Source of the DNA: Eledone cirrhosa
Taxonomy: Eukaryota
Direction of reading: 5' to 3'
NCBI GenBank assembly: GCA_964016885.1
Contig: OZ024741.1
Coordinates: 157,852,001-157,916,000, forward strand
DNA length: 64,000 nucleotides
Under the pieces are notes generated by a model. It searched no databases. It saw only the letters and a list, made by a program, of their open reading frames with translations, and was not told the DNA's origin. Of the stretch, positions 25,068 to 39,660 are shown in pieces. Both the position numbers and the translations under genes were made by a program. The first letter of the stretch is position 1, and each line of letters starts with the position of its first letter.

Positions 25068-28000
25068 TATATATATACACAGACACACACACACACAGAG
25101 TGATAGAAACTGATTATTGGTATTATGAGCAACCATATTTTGCCATGTTTTTTCTCGCAAGGCACTTTTCTTCCTTTTGATTATATTATTGGAAAAGGTA
25201 AGACACTCTTCATATTTTCCATATTTGGTATTTTGACAATTTAAGGCTGAAATGGAGAAAGGTGGTGTGGGGTGATGGACATGAAAAACGTTTTTATGTA
25301 ATCATCATCTCTGACATTTAAAACATAATTCTGAAAGAATTTTCATTAAAAATGTCAAAAATGAAAATATATGCTAGTCGTGTACTCCGAAACGAAGATG
25401 GAAGGAGGATGGGAGTGCTTAAAAAAATAGAAAATTTTGAAAAATATTTATTTTACTGATTCATAATCAAGTTTTAAGACAGAAATTGAAAGAAATTGTC
25501 AAAAAAATTCTACTGTGACATGTTTATTCAGAAACTCTGCCTTAGAATTGTTGTGAATTCAAGTGGCTACCCACATTGTTTTGAAGCCCAGCCCTACCCA
25601 CCCCATCTCTAAGCAATGACTAGCGATAGGCCTGGTTTTGATATATAGAAATATCAGTATTATTACTTCAATTCATTGTTTTTGTTCATCTAGATTCCAT
25701 TTGTGCTTCTACTTATTTATAATTGTAATGTGAATTTCAGTCCCTTGGAAGTAGTACCCATGTAATATTCGATCCCATAAATTAAACCTAAAAAAAATAG
25801 TCTAAAAAATTCTACATTTCTATGTATATATACAGTATATGTAAGTAAAATCAAAGTAACCTATATAATAATTAGTATAAGGTGAGGCTGGTGGTTTGGT
25901 GGAATAGTTAGTGTTGAAGGAGTTGCTTTGCAGTATATATTCTGCTCTTTGAATTCTCAGTTCAAATCCCCACCCTGACCAGTCTGTACTTGACCAGCAG
26001 GGAGAGATGGTCTTAAACCTACATAGTTACTGAGGCTTCATTCAACGGTAGATGGAAAACGGCTAGAGTAGAAAAATGTTGTTTTTTATCTTTGTTCTTT
26101 TACTTTTATATTATTTTTAAATATTATTGTTTTTGGTAGGAGCAATTGCTATGACTTTTTCAGTATTTCTTATACTAGTGAAAGAGATGATTGTGATGTT
26201 CAAATGAAATACTATAAGTCAGTATCATCATTTTGCATTTGTTTTCCATGCATTGGACAGGGCATAGAAAGTATTTACTGGGTGTAGCTCAGGTTTCTTT
26301 AAAAAAAGTAAACCATACATCTATGCTTTCAATTTCAATTCTCTCTATCCTAGGTAGGTCTTATCATTTCATGTCAATTACTTTGTTAATTGAGTTTTGA
26401 CTGGTTCATTCATCAACCATTAAGAGGCAAAAGAGAGTGCAGCATGGTAATATTTATTAAAAAATGAAATTTACATCTCACACCTATGCAGTTTTATCTG
26501 GCCTCTTATATCTCATAGACAGTTTCTCAGATGTTTTAGTGATAAGGAGCCCCAGTCTTGTCATGAAAAGCAACTGGAAATAAAGCTCAAGAACACAATG
26601 CCTCACACAGTTCAGGAATTGAACCCACAACTTTATGTTTGTGAATCTAACACCCTAACCACTAGACTATGATTCTGTCATCTATTCACATGTCAGTATT
26701 TCATACGTTTAGACTCTTCGGTGCAATCTTAACAGTGGAAACATAGGACTTTGAATGTTTTTCAGAGAAAAGGAGTGGGGATTATATCAAAAGGAAAGGA
26801 GGAAAAGCATAAACATCATACAATCTCATACACTCCCATCCCATCTACCCACCCACACAGAGGGGAAGAACTCCATCTTATAATTGTTGAAAACAGTAAT
26901 ATAGGATTTGTACTTCAACTTCTACAAATTGGTGACATCAGTGGGTGTTTTCTGGGCAGATTCTTGAAATATTTCAAATGGTACCAAAACAACTTAGCTT
27001 GGCATTTTTGCTCCCTCTTTTCAATGTTTTTATTTATTTATTTATTTTTTATTTCCCTCCTATTTTCTTTCAACTGCTTGAATAATATTCATTTTTTATA
27101 TCTTATAAATTATTAAAACACTGGGTGATTTGGATTTTGTAAATGTAGGAATTTCAAATGCAGAAAATAAGTTATTTTCTGTGTTTCAGATTCTCACATT
27201 TTCAAATTTTTATGAAATTTTTATTTTTTTTACTTTAAATTTGAAAAAAAAAAATGATTTTCTGCTTCTAAGTATTTACTTCTGTATGTGTGTATGTATG
27301 TGTGTATATATATGTATGTGTATATATATATACGCACACATATATATACATATATACACATATATATATTCTTTTATTTTTACTAGTTTTGCTCATTACA
27401 CTCTGGTCATGCTGGGGCATTACTTTGGAGAGATTTTAGTTGATCATGTTGATTCTAGTACTTATTTTATCAATCTCTTTTTTAACTAAGAACTTATTTT
27501 CTAGTTGAATTTGTATTTCTTATTCCACAATGCTTCAAGCAAACTTCAACACCTTGTTAATCTCTTTTTTGTCTAAATGATAAGTTATGGAACATAAACA
27601 AATACAGATGCATGCACATACATACACATGCGAATGTGTCTTTGTTTGTTTGTACAACTGATGTCTCTGTCTACCAAATATCTCTTACAAGGCATTAGTT
27701 GACCTGAGGCTATAATAGATGACACTCTATCAAGGAGTCGTGCAATGAGAGTGAACTTCAATTCACATGGCTTAAAACAAAATCCTAAGCCCTACAGCCA
27801 TACTTCTGTGTGTGTGTGCATTACTGTAACTTGGAAGATTCATTGAGTAAGCTAGATGTTGGCCGGGGACTGTTGATATTATATCAACGATCTTCCTTAA
27901 TAATTCTATTAAACTCCCAGCTGCACTGATTTGAAACTCCTGTATAAGGTTAGAGCTTTCCATAGTTTTTGTTTAGGTTTCTTAAATAGTGAATATTGAG

Positions 28001-29279
28001 TATTGTATGTTCGACTTTGTATTACAAATCAGCCATTATATGTATGTATATATGCATATACCTTGATATGTGTGTATGCATATATACAATAAACTGGTGG
28101 AATTCTATTTTAGCGTGAATTCCTTTGTTTGAATTCAATCACCATATCACGTTTTTTTCTAGTATAGAAATCTTCCTCTATTTTCATCAGAGGTTGGGTA
28201 TCAGTCTAGCATGAACTGCTAGATTCCTTATCGAGTTGTAATTGCTACCATACACAATGAATAGATCGAAGTATTGACATGGGCTGCTTGCTGAAGAAGT
28301 GCAATTTGCCCAGTTACATAACTATCTGCTGATAATACGTAGCTTTCTGAACACTGCAGATTTAATATTTGCATTTGTGAAATTATGTTGCACAAAAACA
28401 AATTCATCCAGGTGCAAGATATTTACTTTTATCTCTACCAAAACACAGCCACCGTACTTGATATTAACTAAAATGTGTGCACTCTGAACTGCTGGTTGCA
28501 ATTGCATTACTGCAACTTGGTAGATATTTACTGAGTGAACTAGTCGTTGGCCGGGGACTATTGACATAATATCAAAGATCTTTGTTAATAACTCTCTCTC
28601 TCTCTCTCTATAATATATACATACATACATACATGGTGGCTGCCAACTCGTTTTCGAGTACAGCCACTACTCTATATCCATGTAGGAGAATCCCTACCGA
28701 TACGCTGAACGAGTGACTTTTTAGTCCAGCCAGCGACTTGAAAACTCTGGTACAAACACTACATTGTGACAATTATTGACACATATTGCTGGGCCCATGG
28801 TACCATGTGACGACAAATGCAGAGAGATCTCCAGATATAAAGCAATGCCTGTACCGTGAAGCTTTTATAGTGAGCAAAGGCTCTGCATAAAGCCAGTCCC
28901 ACTCTCTTAACCAAGATGATATTTACCAAAAAGAAGAACAAGTCAACATCATTGGATACCATCAGGGTTGCAGGTGTTATATCAGAGTTTTCCTTCTCCT
29001 AGAATTCTGCCTTGACAAAGGCTAAGGGGTCATCTCTCCCGGTGATTTTGGATGGCCATTGACTCTTACGAGCTCTTTTGCCCTTTGACAGGTTTTGTTT
29101 TGAGTCCTGCAGGATGTCCAAAGTCACCCTCCTCACCAAGAAACCTTGGTGGGGTTGCCAGTTTAGTCGCCAATGACCCGACCATGAGACAGGTTGTACT
29201 GGGATGCATGTTACCAGTAGCACCAACTGGTGACCTGACATACATACATACATACATACACACATACATGAAAAAAGAA

Positions 29280-30260
29280 ATATGAGCATGAAAAAAGAAA
29301 TATCATTAGAATAGCGACTGATCTGGAGGAGAGATATGGAATAAAGCCTGATATAAATCTCTCACCCAGAGAAATCGGAAGATCCTATTCAATGTTCAAA
29401 CAAGATAAAAAAATTGACCAATTTACAGAAAAAGTTGTGCATGGATACTTGAGGCGTAAAACACAGACCATAGAGGGGATAAACCACTCAAAAAGCCTGG
29501 CATGGAGTTCCAACAAGTTTATGACATCACACCTTGAGGGATATCTCTATGCAATACAGGAACAAGAACTGCCTACCAAATATCTGCTGCACAAAAGAGG
29601 AGGGCCAGCAGCTGACAATAAATGTAGGCTATGTAAAACAAAGATCGAGGATGTAAGCCACATTGTTGCCAGCTGCGAAAGAAGGTCATCTCGCTACTAC
29701 CTCCCCATGAGACACGATGGGATAGCTAGAACCATCTGGAACGCACTTCGGAAAACAAAATTAACAACAAACGAGGAAGAATATATTGAGACAGATGGCA
29801 CTAAGGAATACTGGTGGAACCTGAAAATAAAAACTGCCACCAAATTAAAGCACAACCGGCCTGATATTGTAGTTTGGGACCACACATTGAAAACGTGTTC
29901 TGTTGTGGAGATCAGCTGCCCACTTGATGTAAACGTTGTCAGAAAAATACAGGAGAAGGAGGACATCTACGGACCATTGATGAGGAGTTTACAAATCCAG
30001 TATCCAAGATACACCTTTAGCTTCATACCCATCATTATTATATACCAACCCGCTTGGACCAAAGTATGACTGAACTTGGATTTGCGGACAAAAAGCGCAG
30101 CTCCCTAATTCATAGTCTAGAAATGGCTGCGATAGCTGGCACCTTCAAAATTTGCAAAACATTCTTGCGATTCAAGGGATGACAATTTCTTTTCTTTTAC
30201 AACCTTGCCACCAGGAAGGTGGCCGGTCAAAAAAATATACTCTAAATTAAGAGAAAGAGA
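29280..30260 (+). mobile_element. RLE-type LINE (R4/NeSL-like) 3' fragment
   Basis: ORF 29392-30069 has AIQEQEL, CCHC knuckle CRLCKTKIEDVSHIVASC, RHD, NRPDIVVWD, VVEISCP and K..IYGPL, the zinc knuckle plus PD-(D/E)xK endonuclease arrangement. Confidence 0.88.
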
Positions 30261-30486
30261 AAACACATCATCATCTTCGTTTAATAACCGCTTTCCCTAC
30301 CACCAAGTCAGTACTGAAGTGACGCTACTAACCTCCCAGACAGCTGGGGGGGGGGGGGGGGGCTCTTCATGTCGTATATATACATATGTATATATAAATA
30401 TATATTGTATGTATATATATATATGTTTTGTGTGTGTGTATAAATGCGTGTATGTATGTGTCTATATGTGTGTGTGTGTGTGTGTG

Positions 30487-30735
30487 TCAAAAGTGACACA
30501 GAGGAGACTGAGGTTAGCTGGGCATGCTCACCGACATCCTGAGTTGACACTGCACTCTGCTCCTGTGGGAGCCCCTGCATGGACACACTGGAAGAGGAAG
30601 ACCGAGGTTAACATATGTTGATGCTCTAAGGACAGACACTGGTCTCTTGGAGACGCAGGACATGGCAGCGATAATGAGGGACAGAGACTGCTGGAGAGAA
30701 CTCGTCCATGGATCTTGGGAATTTTACCCGCCCTA
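30487..30735 (+). mobile_element. RTE-like LINE 3' fragment
   Basis: KVTQRRLRLAGHAHRHPEL.../WEPLHGH..RGRP motifs. Confidence 0.65.
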
Positions 30736-30809
30736 GATAGATATATATATACACATACACACATTTATACACACACACACAATATATATATATATATTGT
30801 ATGTGTGTG

Positions 30810-30846
<37 letters not shown>

Positions 30847-30949
30847 CCTGAGATTCCACTAGCTGAAAGTTAAACCCAATGACCTCTCTCCAGCCCACCC
30901 ATTTGATGGATTTTCATAATGCACCAAAACAAAAAAAAACTATTATCAG

Positions 30950-31210
30950 AAAAATAAAAAGGACAAACTAAATTACTGCCAACAGGAACACAACACACAT
31001 ATTTGTCTGCTATTGCACTGCTCAAATGAAAAAATATAATCTCCAACAATGCATGAAGGCCATCATCAATAACCAAAGAACAGCTGAGGAGGAATGGGCC
31101 TTTGAGAAAATCAAACTCAATCCCGAAGTGTTCTTTTCATTTGTGAAAAAACACAAGGCCACTGTTTCCACTGTTTGCCCTCTGATTGATGAAAATGGCA
31201 CAAAAATTTT
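30950..31210 (+). mobile_element. CR1/Jockey-type LINE linker fragment
   Basis: EEWAFEKIKLNPEVFFSFVKKH...VCPLIDENG matches the K.NPK.F..Y.K......I.PL linker motif. Confidence 0.55.
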
Positions 31211-31269
31211 AACAAATCAATTAATGATTTTGTTTCTTTCATTGTTCACTTCTTATTGCTAATGTTCCA

Positions 31270-32285
31270 CTAGCTTGTCGTGTCTTGATAATAGAAATTA
31301 CCAGGTCTTGACTCAAAGAATTCATTGAGTCACGTTTTCAGTTCCATGCAATTGTAGAATGAAACGCCTCACAGACTGTTAGAGAATGACCAAAAAAAGA
31401 TGATAATCTGAAGGTGCTATATGAGGAGAATACGGTGGGTGCAGTAGAATTCCCCAAGCTCTTGAATAACATTTTTAGTTAAATTAATGATGTTGGGGTG
31501 AGCCAATACATTTGCTGAATGTAAAGCTTGCCATTGACCATGTGGTTGTTTTCAAGCATTTTGTAGTGGGTTATCCCTTCACAATTCCACCAGATCATTC
31601 TTTTGCATGAATGCAGCTCTGGTGTTGCTTGCTTGTTGACTCTTTGCTTTATATTGACGTAAAGACACCATTTTTCATCACCAGTGACAATGCAGTAAAG
31701 AAATCTGTTTGTTTGTCCACAAGTAGCCAGGTGTTAAGGTAGCAAACCAACCACAAAGAGGAGCGCTGGAGTTTCCTTTTCATTCAGAGTGTGTGACACC
31801 CATACACCAAGGTTTTGAACCTTACTCATAGAGTGAGTGATGGTGATGGTCTAATTCCCTAGTAGATTGGTGCAGATCCTCATGGGATTGAACAGGTTGG
31901 CTGGAATGCAAATAATCTATAAGTTTGAATTCCCCGTCTTTGAAACGTGAGAACCATTTCTGTGCAGTTCTTGTTGTAATAGCACCTTCCCCATACACAG
32001 CACAAATGTTTCAAGCAGATTTGCCCATTTTGTAACTGTGATTGAAAACAAAGGGAAGCAGGTGTTGAAAATGTTCATTTTTGTCTTCTGGTCATTCTAT
32101 TGTCATGTGTCTGAAAAGAGGTAATATTTAATCAAATTCCAAAACCAATAAACAAAAGTTATAGAGGAAGAATAGAGTTACAAAAGAAAAAATGTAAAAC
32201 ATTATGATAAAAATATGTTTCCTGTTAATTCAAATTGAAAAAATATCAATGGAAAAAAGTGAACAAATTTATCTGACAACCTAAT
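31270..32285 (-). mobile_element. mariner transposase relic
   Basis: Minus strand contains IVTGDEKWCLYVNIK (about 31650-31692), AQKWFSRFKDG (about 31930-31965) and a KLGEFYCT...PPYSPHIAPSDYHLF-like segment (about 31395-31460). Confidence 0.85.
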
Positions 32286-33431
32286 AGTTTCTTTATTTAA
32301 ATTGGTTAATGGATTAATTGAAAAATTTCTATTTTTCTGATGTTATCAACATGCTTATTAATTTTCCTGAGATTACTAAAGGCTATAATCTGCTAAGTTA
32401 GGTGTAGTTGAGAAAGTTTAATAGTATTTTTATTGATTACCAACACACATACAACACCCATATATATTACCCAACATATATATACACCTCTTGTACACAC
32501 AACACTCACATCCCTCATTGCATATGTGGATATACACTCTATTGGACTCATCAGTCCCATACTGTACAAGATTTAGTCTTCTTTACACATACACTTGTGT
32601 GCATTACTATGAGGGTCCATATATTCATACACTTATACACATCACTTGCATATGCTCATGTGTGTGCATGTGTTACCCACGTATGACACTATGCTTGTGT
32701 GAGGCATAATGCTGAGACCATCCTGGCGTCAGATTAAAATGCTTTGCAGCATTTAATCCAACTCCTTTTCATATTCAGTTTCTATCCCTCTTGTTGTTCA
32801 TAGTGACCTATACCCTTTGGAGTTTAGTAGTAGGTGTTGGTACTGTTGCAGCACCTTACAGTATCTGTTATGGCCCTTTTGATTATACCCATAACATGGA
32901 GCGTGGTGACTTACATGCTGTGTGCCACTGTTTTCCTCCTCCTGTGCCACCTAAGAAACACCTCTACTTGTGTATATGTTTGTACGTGCAAAGGGTGGAG
33001 GAACTCAGGAGAGTTAACAAGCATCTAATAGTTTTGTTTTTGTGGAGCAAGAGACTCTTAGTCTTCATTAAGATACCTCTCTTGGAGAAGGTCACTCTGA
33101 TATAAAACCTGCGACTTTGTTTGCATCCAATGATGTAAACCAGTTCTTGTTTTGGAGTAAATGTATTTGATGCTCAGAGAGTGGGATTGGCCCTGTGCAA
33201 AGCCTTTCCTCACTTAAAAAAGCTTTAAACACTGGCATCGCTTAATATATAACACTTTTTTGCAATGCATGGCATGGCTGGTCATAGGCAAGTCTCTAGC
33301 TGGACTAAAAAGGTACGTCCGTGATGCTCATGCTTGCTTAAGTATCAAGCAATGGCATTACTCGAAATCGAGTTGTGGCCATCATGTATGTATGTATATA
33401 ATGTCATCTGAGCGCATGTGTGTGCACACAG

Positions 33432-33432
<1 letters not shown>

Positions 33433-33521
<89 letters not shown>
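33433..33521. repeat. (CA)n microsatellite
   Basis: About 44 uninterrupted CA units. Confidence 0.95.
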
Positions 33522-33524
<3 letters not shown>

Positions 33525-35639
33525 CACACTCACCAAACAGCTTGGCATTTGTCACTCTCATAATTTTTATGCTAGGTAGCTGTTAATATTTTATTCAAAT
33601 ATTTGACTTATTACTACATAAACACTATCTTTCCTCATTGCACAACATGATGTAAAATTCATTCCATTTATTCTATCTGCAAGCTCATAGCTGTTGTTTC
33701 ATTGAACATTCTACATGGAACCGTTATGTCTTTTTCTATTTTGAATATTTGCCTGGATGATTTCAAAATATTTATGTCGGCATCCAGAGATTGAAGAATG
33801 TCTGTTTTGGAAGATCCTCAAAGAGTGAAAGCAAAGTTTCTCCTACTCCAACTATTTTTGAAATAATAAATATTTCCTCTACGGTTATATGTATTATTGC
33901 ATATACATGCATGCACACACACGTAATTTTTATCGTATCCTCTCTGGATTTTGTTTTTTTATATTTTTGTATTTATTGTTATGATCATCATTATTATTAT
34001 TATTATTACACACACACGCACACGCACACGCACACACGCACACACACACACACACACTTAAAAATGACAGTTTTATTGATGACAACAATTGATGTAAAGA
34101 TGCGCGATTCCTTGATAATCTTTGTCCTTCACCCTCTTGTCACTACGTCAATTGCTATATTTCAATTTACATTCATTTGAATCATTTCCAATAATTCTAT
34201 ATATGCTTTAAACGTTATGAAACATGTATCCACTAAATTATGATGAACTTGTTCTATCTATCTCTCTGTTTACCTATCTGTCTATCTTAGCATTGCTATA
34301 GGGATTTGTGTTTTCTTGTTATTGTTGTTTTGGTCCGAAGTTAGACACATTAGTAAATATACATAGATAGATAACTATAGATTAACAGTAAAACAAATAG
34401 GCAGACAGGCAGACAGACAGATGGACAGAAAGGCAGGTAAGTAGATGGATTGATAAATATACAGATATATAGGTTGATAGACGAGTATGTAGGTAAGTAG
34501 AGAGGTAGATAGATAGATGTTGCATTTATTGTTAGAAGATAGGGGTGCATAAATAGGTAGTATTGATTGTTGCTAGTTAGACTACTGACCATCTTGTCAG
34601 TACTGTTGGGAAAGAGAGGGGTAGGAAGGAAGATATCAAATTACTATTTCTCAAACAAATGTAACACAAAGTGGTTGCCATGTAATATATATATTCATTC
34701 CACATCAACACTACCACACAGCCACTGCAGCACCTCAGTAACATCTAAACCTGACATCAAGAAGGGAGGAGATTTTAACTGCAGCTGCTATTTCTTTCCA
34801 TGCTAGAAATAGCAGCTGCAGTTTCATTAAAACTCATACTCTTACCATCTTAAGGGAATTATGCAGTGGATAATGTAGCACTGGATTCAGTGTTTGATGG
34901 TGCCATAATAAAATGCACTGAATACACTCTCTAAACTGTTAGTGTTAGTGCAACAATAAAATACCCGCAGTACTTTATGTAAAGTGCCTGACATTAAGAA
35001 GAGCATCCAGTTGTAGAAACCAAAATGAAATATATGAGCAAGGTGTGGACTTTTAGCCTGTCTAGTATTAGGACATAATAACCCATCACTCATACCAGCA
35101 TGGAAAACAGACATGAGATATAATTATTCAGAAGAGGACATCCTCAAGCTATGAACTCAACCATTCTCTATGTAATGTGTATACATGCTCAAGTCTCCAC
35201 CATTCTTTAGATTTATCCATTAATGATGAACTTCATTAAGATATCTAAAATCACACTATTAGATTCTTCTCTAAAATGTCTTAATTTAATATGCTTGTCA
35301 TATTATTCTCTTTCCTTTTTCTACTCTCTCTCTCTCTATGTCCATTCATTCTTTCATTCTCTTTCTTTTTTCTTTCCTTCTGTTGCAACAACTATTACAG
35401 CTGTTGTTGCTGTTTTTGTTGATCTTAATTTATCATGTTTAATATTGGAAATTGGCTACTAACTCTTTTTACCTAGCCAAAGCCTTCACTGGTTCTATGA
35501 AACAAAATAAACCATTTTAAAGGGTTCCGTTATAAATTAAAATCTTCGAATGACACACGGCCGTGACTTCTGGCATCACGCAGTAATACAGAAGACCCGA
35601 CTTCCCACGGGTACAAGCCGAAGCTGAAGCATATAGACT

Positions 35640-35928
35640 ATATGTCCCCACCCCCTCCCACTGCGAAGTGGTTGTGGAGATGCCATGGCAAAAAAGCACC
35701 CAGCCCACACTGTAAAGTGGACGTGTAGGCGCCATGGAAAAAAAGCTCCCAGCACTCGCTGTAAATGGGGTTGGTGTTGGGAAGGGCATCCAGCTGTAGA
35801 AATGAAGCCAGAATCAGTTCCCGTATGAGCAAGACAAGGTCAGCTGACTGGACACTGCCCACAACAGGACAACCCTTCTAACCCATGCTAGCGTGGAAGA
35901 ACGGACGTAAAATGGTGATGATGATGAT
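35640..35928 (+). mobile_element. RTE-tail SINE or LINE 3' UTR copy
   Basis: GGAAGGGCATCCAGCTGTAGAAA...AACCCATGCTAGCGTGGAAGAACGGACGTAAAATGGTGATGATG, shared with the RTE 3' UTR at 14545-14760. Related copies occur in both orientations at about 34900-35115, 42305-42690, 44220-44400 and 51075-51600. Confidence 0.7.
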
Positions 35929-36009
35929 AAGAACCCAGAAGCAGACATGGTCTTAAAACCAAATTCGGCATCCAGTCATGCTGACTGCTGATGACTAGTG
36001 ACATCTAGT

Positions 36010-36295
36010 CACTATTCAGCTAAGGTGACACTAACAAACTGCTGAGGGCCAAAGGTGTGTTTTCACTACTCAGCTAAGGTAACACTGACTAACAAACTGC
36101 CGAGGGACAGAGGTGTGTTTTCACTACTTAGCTATGGTGACACTGACTAACAAACTGTCGAGGGCCAGAGGTGTGTTTTCACTACTCAGCTAAGGTGACA
36201 CTGACGAACAAACTGTCGAGGGCCAGAGGTGTGTTTTCACTACTTAGCTATGGTGACACTGACTAACAGTTGTGTTTTCACTGCTCAGCTAAGGC
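36010..36295 (+). repeat. ~57-bp tandem minisatellite (about 4.5 copies)
   Basis: Unit CAGCTAAGGTGACACTGACTAACAAACTGTCGAGGGCCAGAGGTGTGTTTTCACTACT; an inverted relative lies at about 63700-63810. Confidence 0.85.
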
Positions 36296-37389
36296 ACATT
36301 CTACTTTTATTTCAATCTCTATGTAGCAGCTCTGATTTCAGTTTTTCGTTGAATTCTTTTTAAGTTGTTTTATTTTTCTAATCAACCAGATATTGCCTAA
36401 ATGCTCATATGGCCAGTCCACTTCTGTAAGAATATGTTCACAAAAAGGTTGAATAGCAATTATGAATGCTGCTGTACTAATTTCATTCTATGGAGTGAAA
36501 TGTTTGACATGAGAATTGATAAATGATAAGGACTATTAAACATTTCATTGATAAGTACTAATTTGCTTATTATTTATTTAATTAATTATATATTTTAAGT
36601 CATTTTAATTAATTCATTGTAGTGCTGTACAACAACTAAATGGCAAATTAGCGGAGTCTTTAGAGCATCAAATTAAGTTCTTTGTTCTGGCTCACTGCAC
36701 TCTGAGTTCAAATCCCACTGATGTCAAATATGTCTTCATCTTTTTGAGATCAATATAGTACTAGTCCAGGGACAGTGGATTGCCAGAACTGTTATTGACT
36801 CAGACAGGATGTTTTGAGGTATCTGATCCAGCTCTGTGTATCCTCTGTCAGAAGTTGTGCCCAGCAGATAGTATCAGCTTGCTATGGAAGTGGTGACTTA
36901 TTGCAGTAAAGCAGCCATTAGAAAAAGTTTCAATGTAGTCAAGGTTTTGTCTTAGCTTTGCTTTACCAAATTGGATGAAAACAACAAGCAAAATAAGGCC
37001 ATTTTCCTTGCTCAAGCAGGAACTAAGCTTTGCAAACACTATGACTATGGAGACCTTTTTAAGATATTTTATGACTGGATGCCCTTCCAGGAGCCAACCA
37101 TTTAGTCACCTCTTACAATATGCACTGATTTGGTGTACCTATTTATGGTGCGAAATTGAAAATTTTCTCTTTGGGAATTTGTTGGTTTAATCTCAAAATG
37201 TACTGTATTCAGAATTTTTGTGTGAATGTCATGTTTAACAAAGGGTCATGTTTAAAATGCCACCAACTGTCTTTTATTCATTTATTGGTTTCGGTCATTA
37301 CACTGCAGCCATGCTGGGACACCGTCATGATTTAGTCTATCATATTTTTTGCCCTTGTACTCATTTTTCAAGTCTGATACTTTTCTCAA

Positions 37390-37426
<37 letters not shown>

Positions 37427-38974
37427 AACCACTAAATTAAGGAACATACGCACACAGGGCTTCTATTCAGTTTCACTCACAAGACATTGGTTAATCCAAG
37501 GCTACCAAAGGTACCACACTGGGAGTAAACCCAAAACTATGGTTGCAAAATAACCTCCTTCACCCAACAGCCATTGTTTAAAAATATTTTTATTATGGTT
37601 TCATTTTATTTTAGGGTTTTTGAGTCTGGTAGGAGCAATGGAAGGGAGGGGAGATCTATATATTGTAGGATCAGGTCAAGACACTTATACAAAGGGCTGC
37701 ACAGATATGTCAAACATAGGACTACATCTTGCAAAGCCCAAACCATCTCCTGTTCTATGAAACAAAACCACCTAATTTAAAGGGTTCCTACTTAAATTCA
37801 AATCTTCCAACATAATTTTATATAAGAATATTTCCTGTTACAAATACCATCTTAGTAATGAAATAATAATGTAAGTAAATCCCACCAAATACCTAATTGG
37901 AATACAGTGAATGTTTTAAAAATAAGGTCATGAAAGGGTTAATCACACATACATACCTTATTTATTTTTTCCATAACAAAGCACAAATTAGTGCAAGATT
38001 GTAGAATTATTGCATCCACCATTTTAGCATAATTGGTTGTCGATTTTGTATTGATTCTCTTCTAGTAAATGTTGATTATGTCAGCTGAGTTAATTGAAAA
38101 ACAATATATTCAATATTAAATGGAAAAACAGACATCAAAATTATATTGATGTTCTGCTTTAACCTCTTTTGATACTGAACCAGCTGAAACCACTCCTGGT
38201 TCTGTGATACAGAACTGTTTATTTTAACCCTTTAGCATTTAAACTGGCTGTATTCGGCCAGAATGATCTCACCTCTTTCTGTTCAAACCAGCTGTAACTG
38301 GCCAGAATTCTCTCACCTCTTTCTGTTCAAACCAGCTGTAACTAGCCACTCATATTGATGTTAAAGTATTGTTCTCAAAATAAATGATATAAAAATCTCA
38401 TAGATTCGATATTATGTGAGATAAAGCCTTTACCGGGAAAATACAATAGTATACATAAAGGGTTATTTATTTAAAAACCTTACATCATGATTTAGTCATA
38501 TTAGTTATATTACTAAATCCTCTAAATTCATGATAATTTTCAAAAATATTTGAAAATTATAAACGGTGTTTTTTTATTAGAAATATGGTTACAAAAGGGT
38601 TAAATTCAAAAGATCTTTTTGAAGAACTCGTCTTTTCCCACTTCACTTCTCAGCCTTTGTCTGTCTGTGTCTTTGCCTGCATGTCTGTGTCTTTGCCTGT
38701 ATGTCTGTCCTCCTTCTCCTGTCTGTCTTTATATCAATCTTTCTCTTTCACGTTCTTTCCCTTTCACCAATATTTCCTTCTTCTCCTTCACCCTCCCTCT
38801 AACATTAGAAACGGGCAATCTTTGTCATTTTTAATTCATTTATTTATTTATATTATATTTATTTATTTATTTTCTTTTTTTAAATATATTACCTAAAACT
38901 CAGTTTTCTCTACCTCTCTACCTCTCTCTCTCTCTCCACGCACACACACATTCCTTTACTCACATATATAAAGG

Positions 38975-39660
38975 CTCTTTTTGGTCGAAGCTGACTATGG
39001 GTTTGTACCTGAAAAGTTCCTCTCCAAAGTGCAAGCCTAGGCAAGGTGTTTTGGAGGAAGATCAGCAGTTGCCCATGCATACCAGTCGCCTCTCCCCATG
39101 CCACTAATGTTGTCCATGGAAAAAGCAAAGTTCATTATAACTTGGACCAGTGTTGTTACAACTCATATATACACTATGTACGGTGTTGTCCAGGGGGAAG
39201 GCAAAGACCAATACAAGTTGACACCATGTTGTTGCCACTCATTTTTTTTCACTGAGTAAACTGGAGCAAGATGAAATAAAGTGCTCTGCTCAAGGATTCA
39301 ACATGCTGCCAGGTCCAGGAATCAAACTCATAACTATACAATCATGAACCAAACACCCTAACCACTAAACCATGGTCCAGGAATCAAACTCACAATCTTA
39401 TGATCAGGATCTGAACACTCTAATCACTAAGCTACAATCCACTTGGCCTAGAAATCGAACTCATGACCTTATGATTATGTGCCAAATATCGTAACCACTA
39501 GGCCATGCTCCACCTGGTTCAAGAATCAAACTGACAACCATACAATCACAACTTGAATACCATAACGACTTCACCACATGCCATCTAGTCAAGGGAATTG
39601 AATAAACAACCTTGTTATGAGCTCAATTCTCTTACCACTAAGTCACATTCCTTCACATAC
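38975..39660 (-). mobile_element. tRNA-derived SINE (family B) with tandemly repeated tRNA heads
   Basis: The body is the reverse complement of the SINE at 55035-55350. At 39300-39660 there are about 5 diverged copies of the head CATGGTTTAGTGGTTAGGGTG...GAGTTTGATTCC. Confidence 0.75.

Noticed and set aside
36010-36295. Regularly spaced repeats that could be mistaken for a CRISPR array (also 63020-63162 and 45357-45492)
   Set aside because: Units are contiguous with no unique spacers, the context is eukaryotic and there are no cas genes.
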